Below are positions 63,991 to 64,000 of a stretch of 64,000 nucleotides of DNA, piece by piece; the first letter of the stretch is position 1, and every line of letters begins with the position of its first letter. Position numbers and translations under genes: made by a program. This DNA comes from Eledone cirrhosa (lineage: Eukaryota), in NCBI GenBank assembly GCA_964016885.1, contig OZ024740.1:248062001-248126000 (forward strand). The letters are read 5' to 3'. Below the pieces are notes generated by a model. The model searched no databases. It worked only from the letters and a program-made list of their open reading frames with translations, and was not told the DNA's origin.

Positions 63991-64000
63991 GACACAGCTA

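Overview
This is eukaryotic, AT-rich, repeat-saturated animal DNA. The repeat content resembles a coleoid cephalopod such as octopus, but that is inference only. The only host gene is an ERMP1/FXNA-type M28 metallopeptidase on the minus strand, present as three internal GT-AG exons (46030-46157, 9967-10072, 5024-5170) separated by introns of about 36 kb and 4.8 kb. Almost everything else is nested transposable-element sequence inserted in or next to (TA)n microsatellites. This includes about 12 RTE-clade LINE copies from at least three subfamilies, a decayed R4-like LINE, a probable Tx1/L1 3' end, about 8 Penelope-like element (PLE) copies or remnants, about 7 non-autonomous Helitrons, tRNA-type SINEs, a ~600-bp bipartite RTE derivative in three copies, and an LTR remnant. 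Main observations: (1) about 20 hammerhead-ribozyme (HHR) motifs in PLE termini, including minimal dimer-type, long-stem-II and a recurrent non-canonical CAGAAGA-core form; (2) short fold-back PLE derivatives; (3) one HHR fragment carried inside a Helitron family; (4) a C4HC3 PHD finger inserted inside the RT domain of the three main RTE subfamilies; (5) near-identical inverted LINE copies flanking a catalytic ERMP1 exon. All coordinates and folds were read by eye; element boundaries are approximate unless stated.
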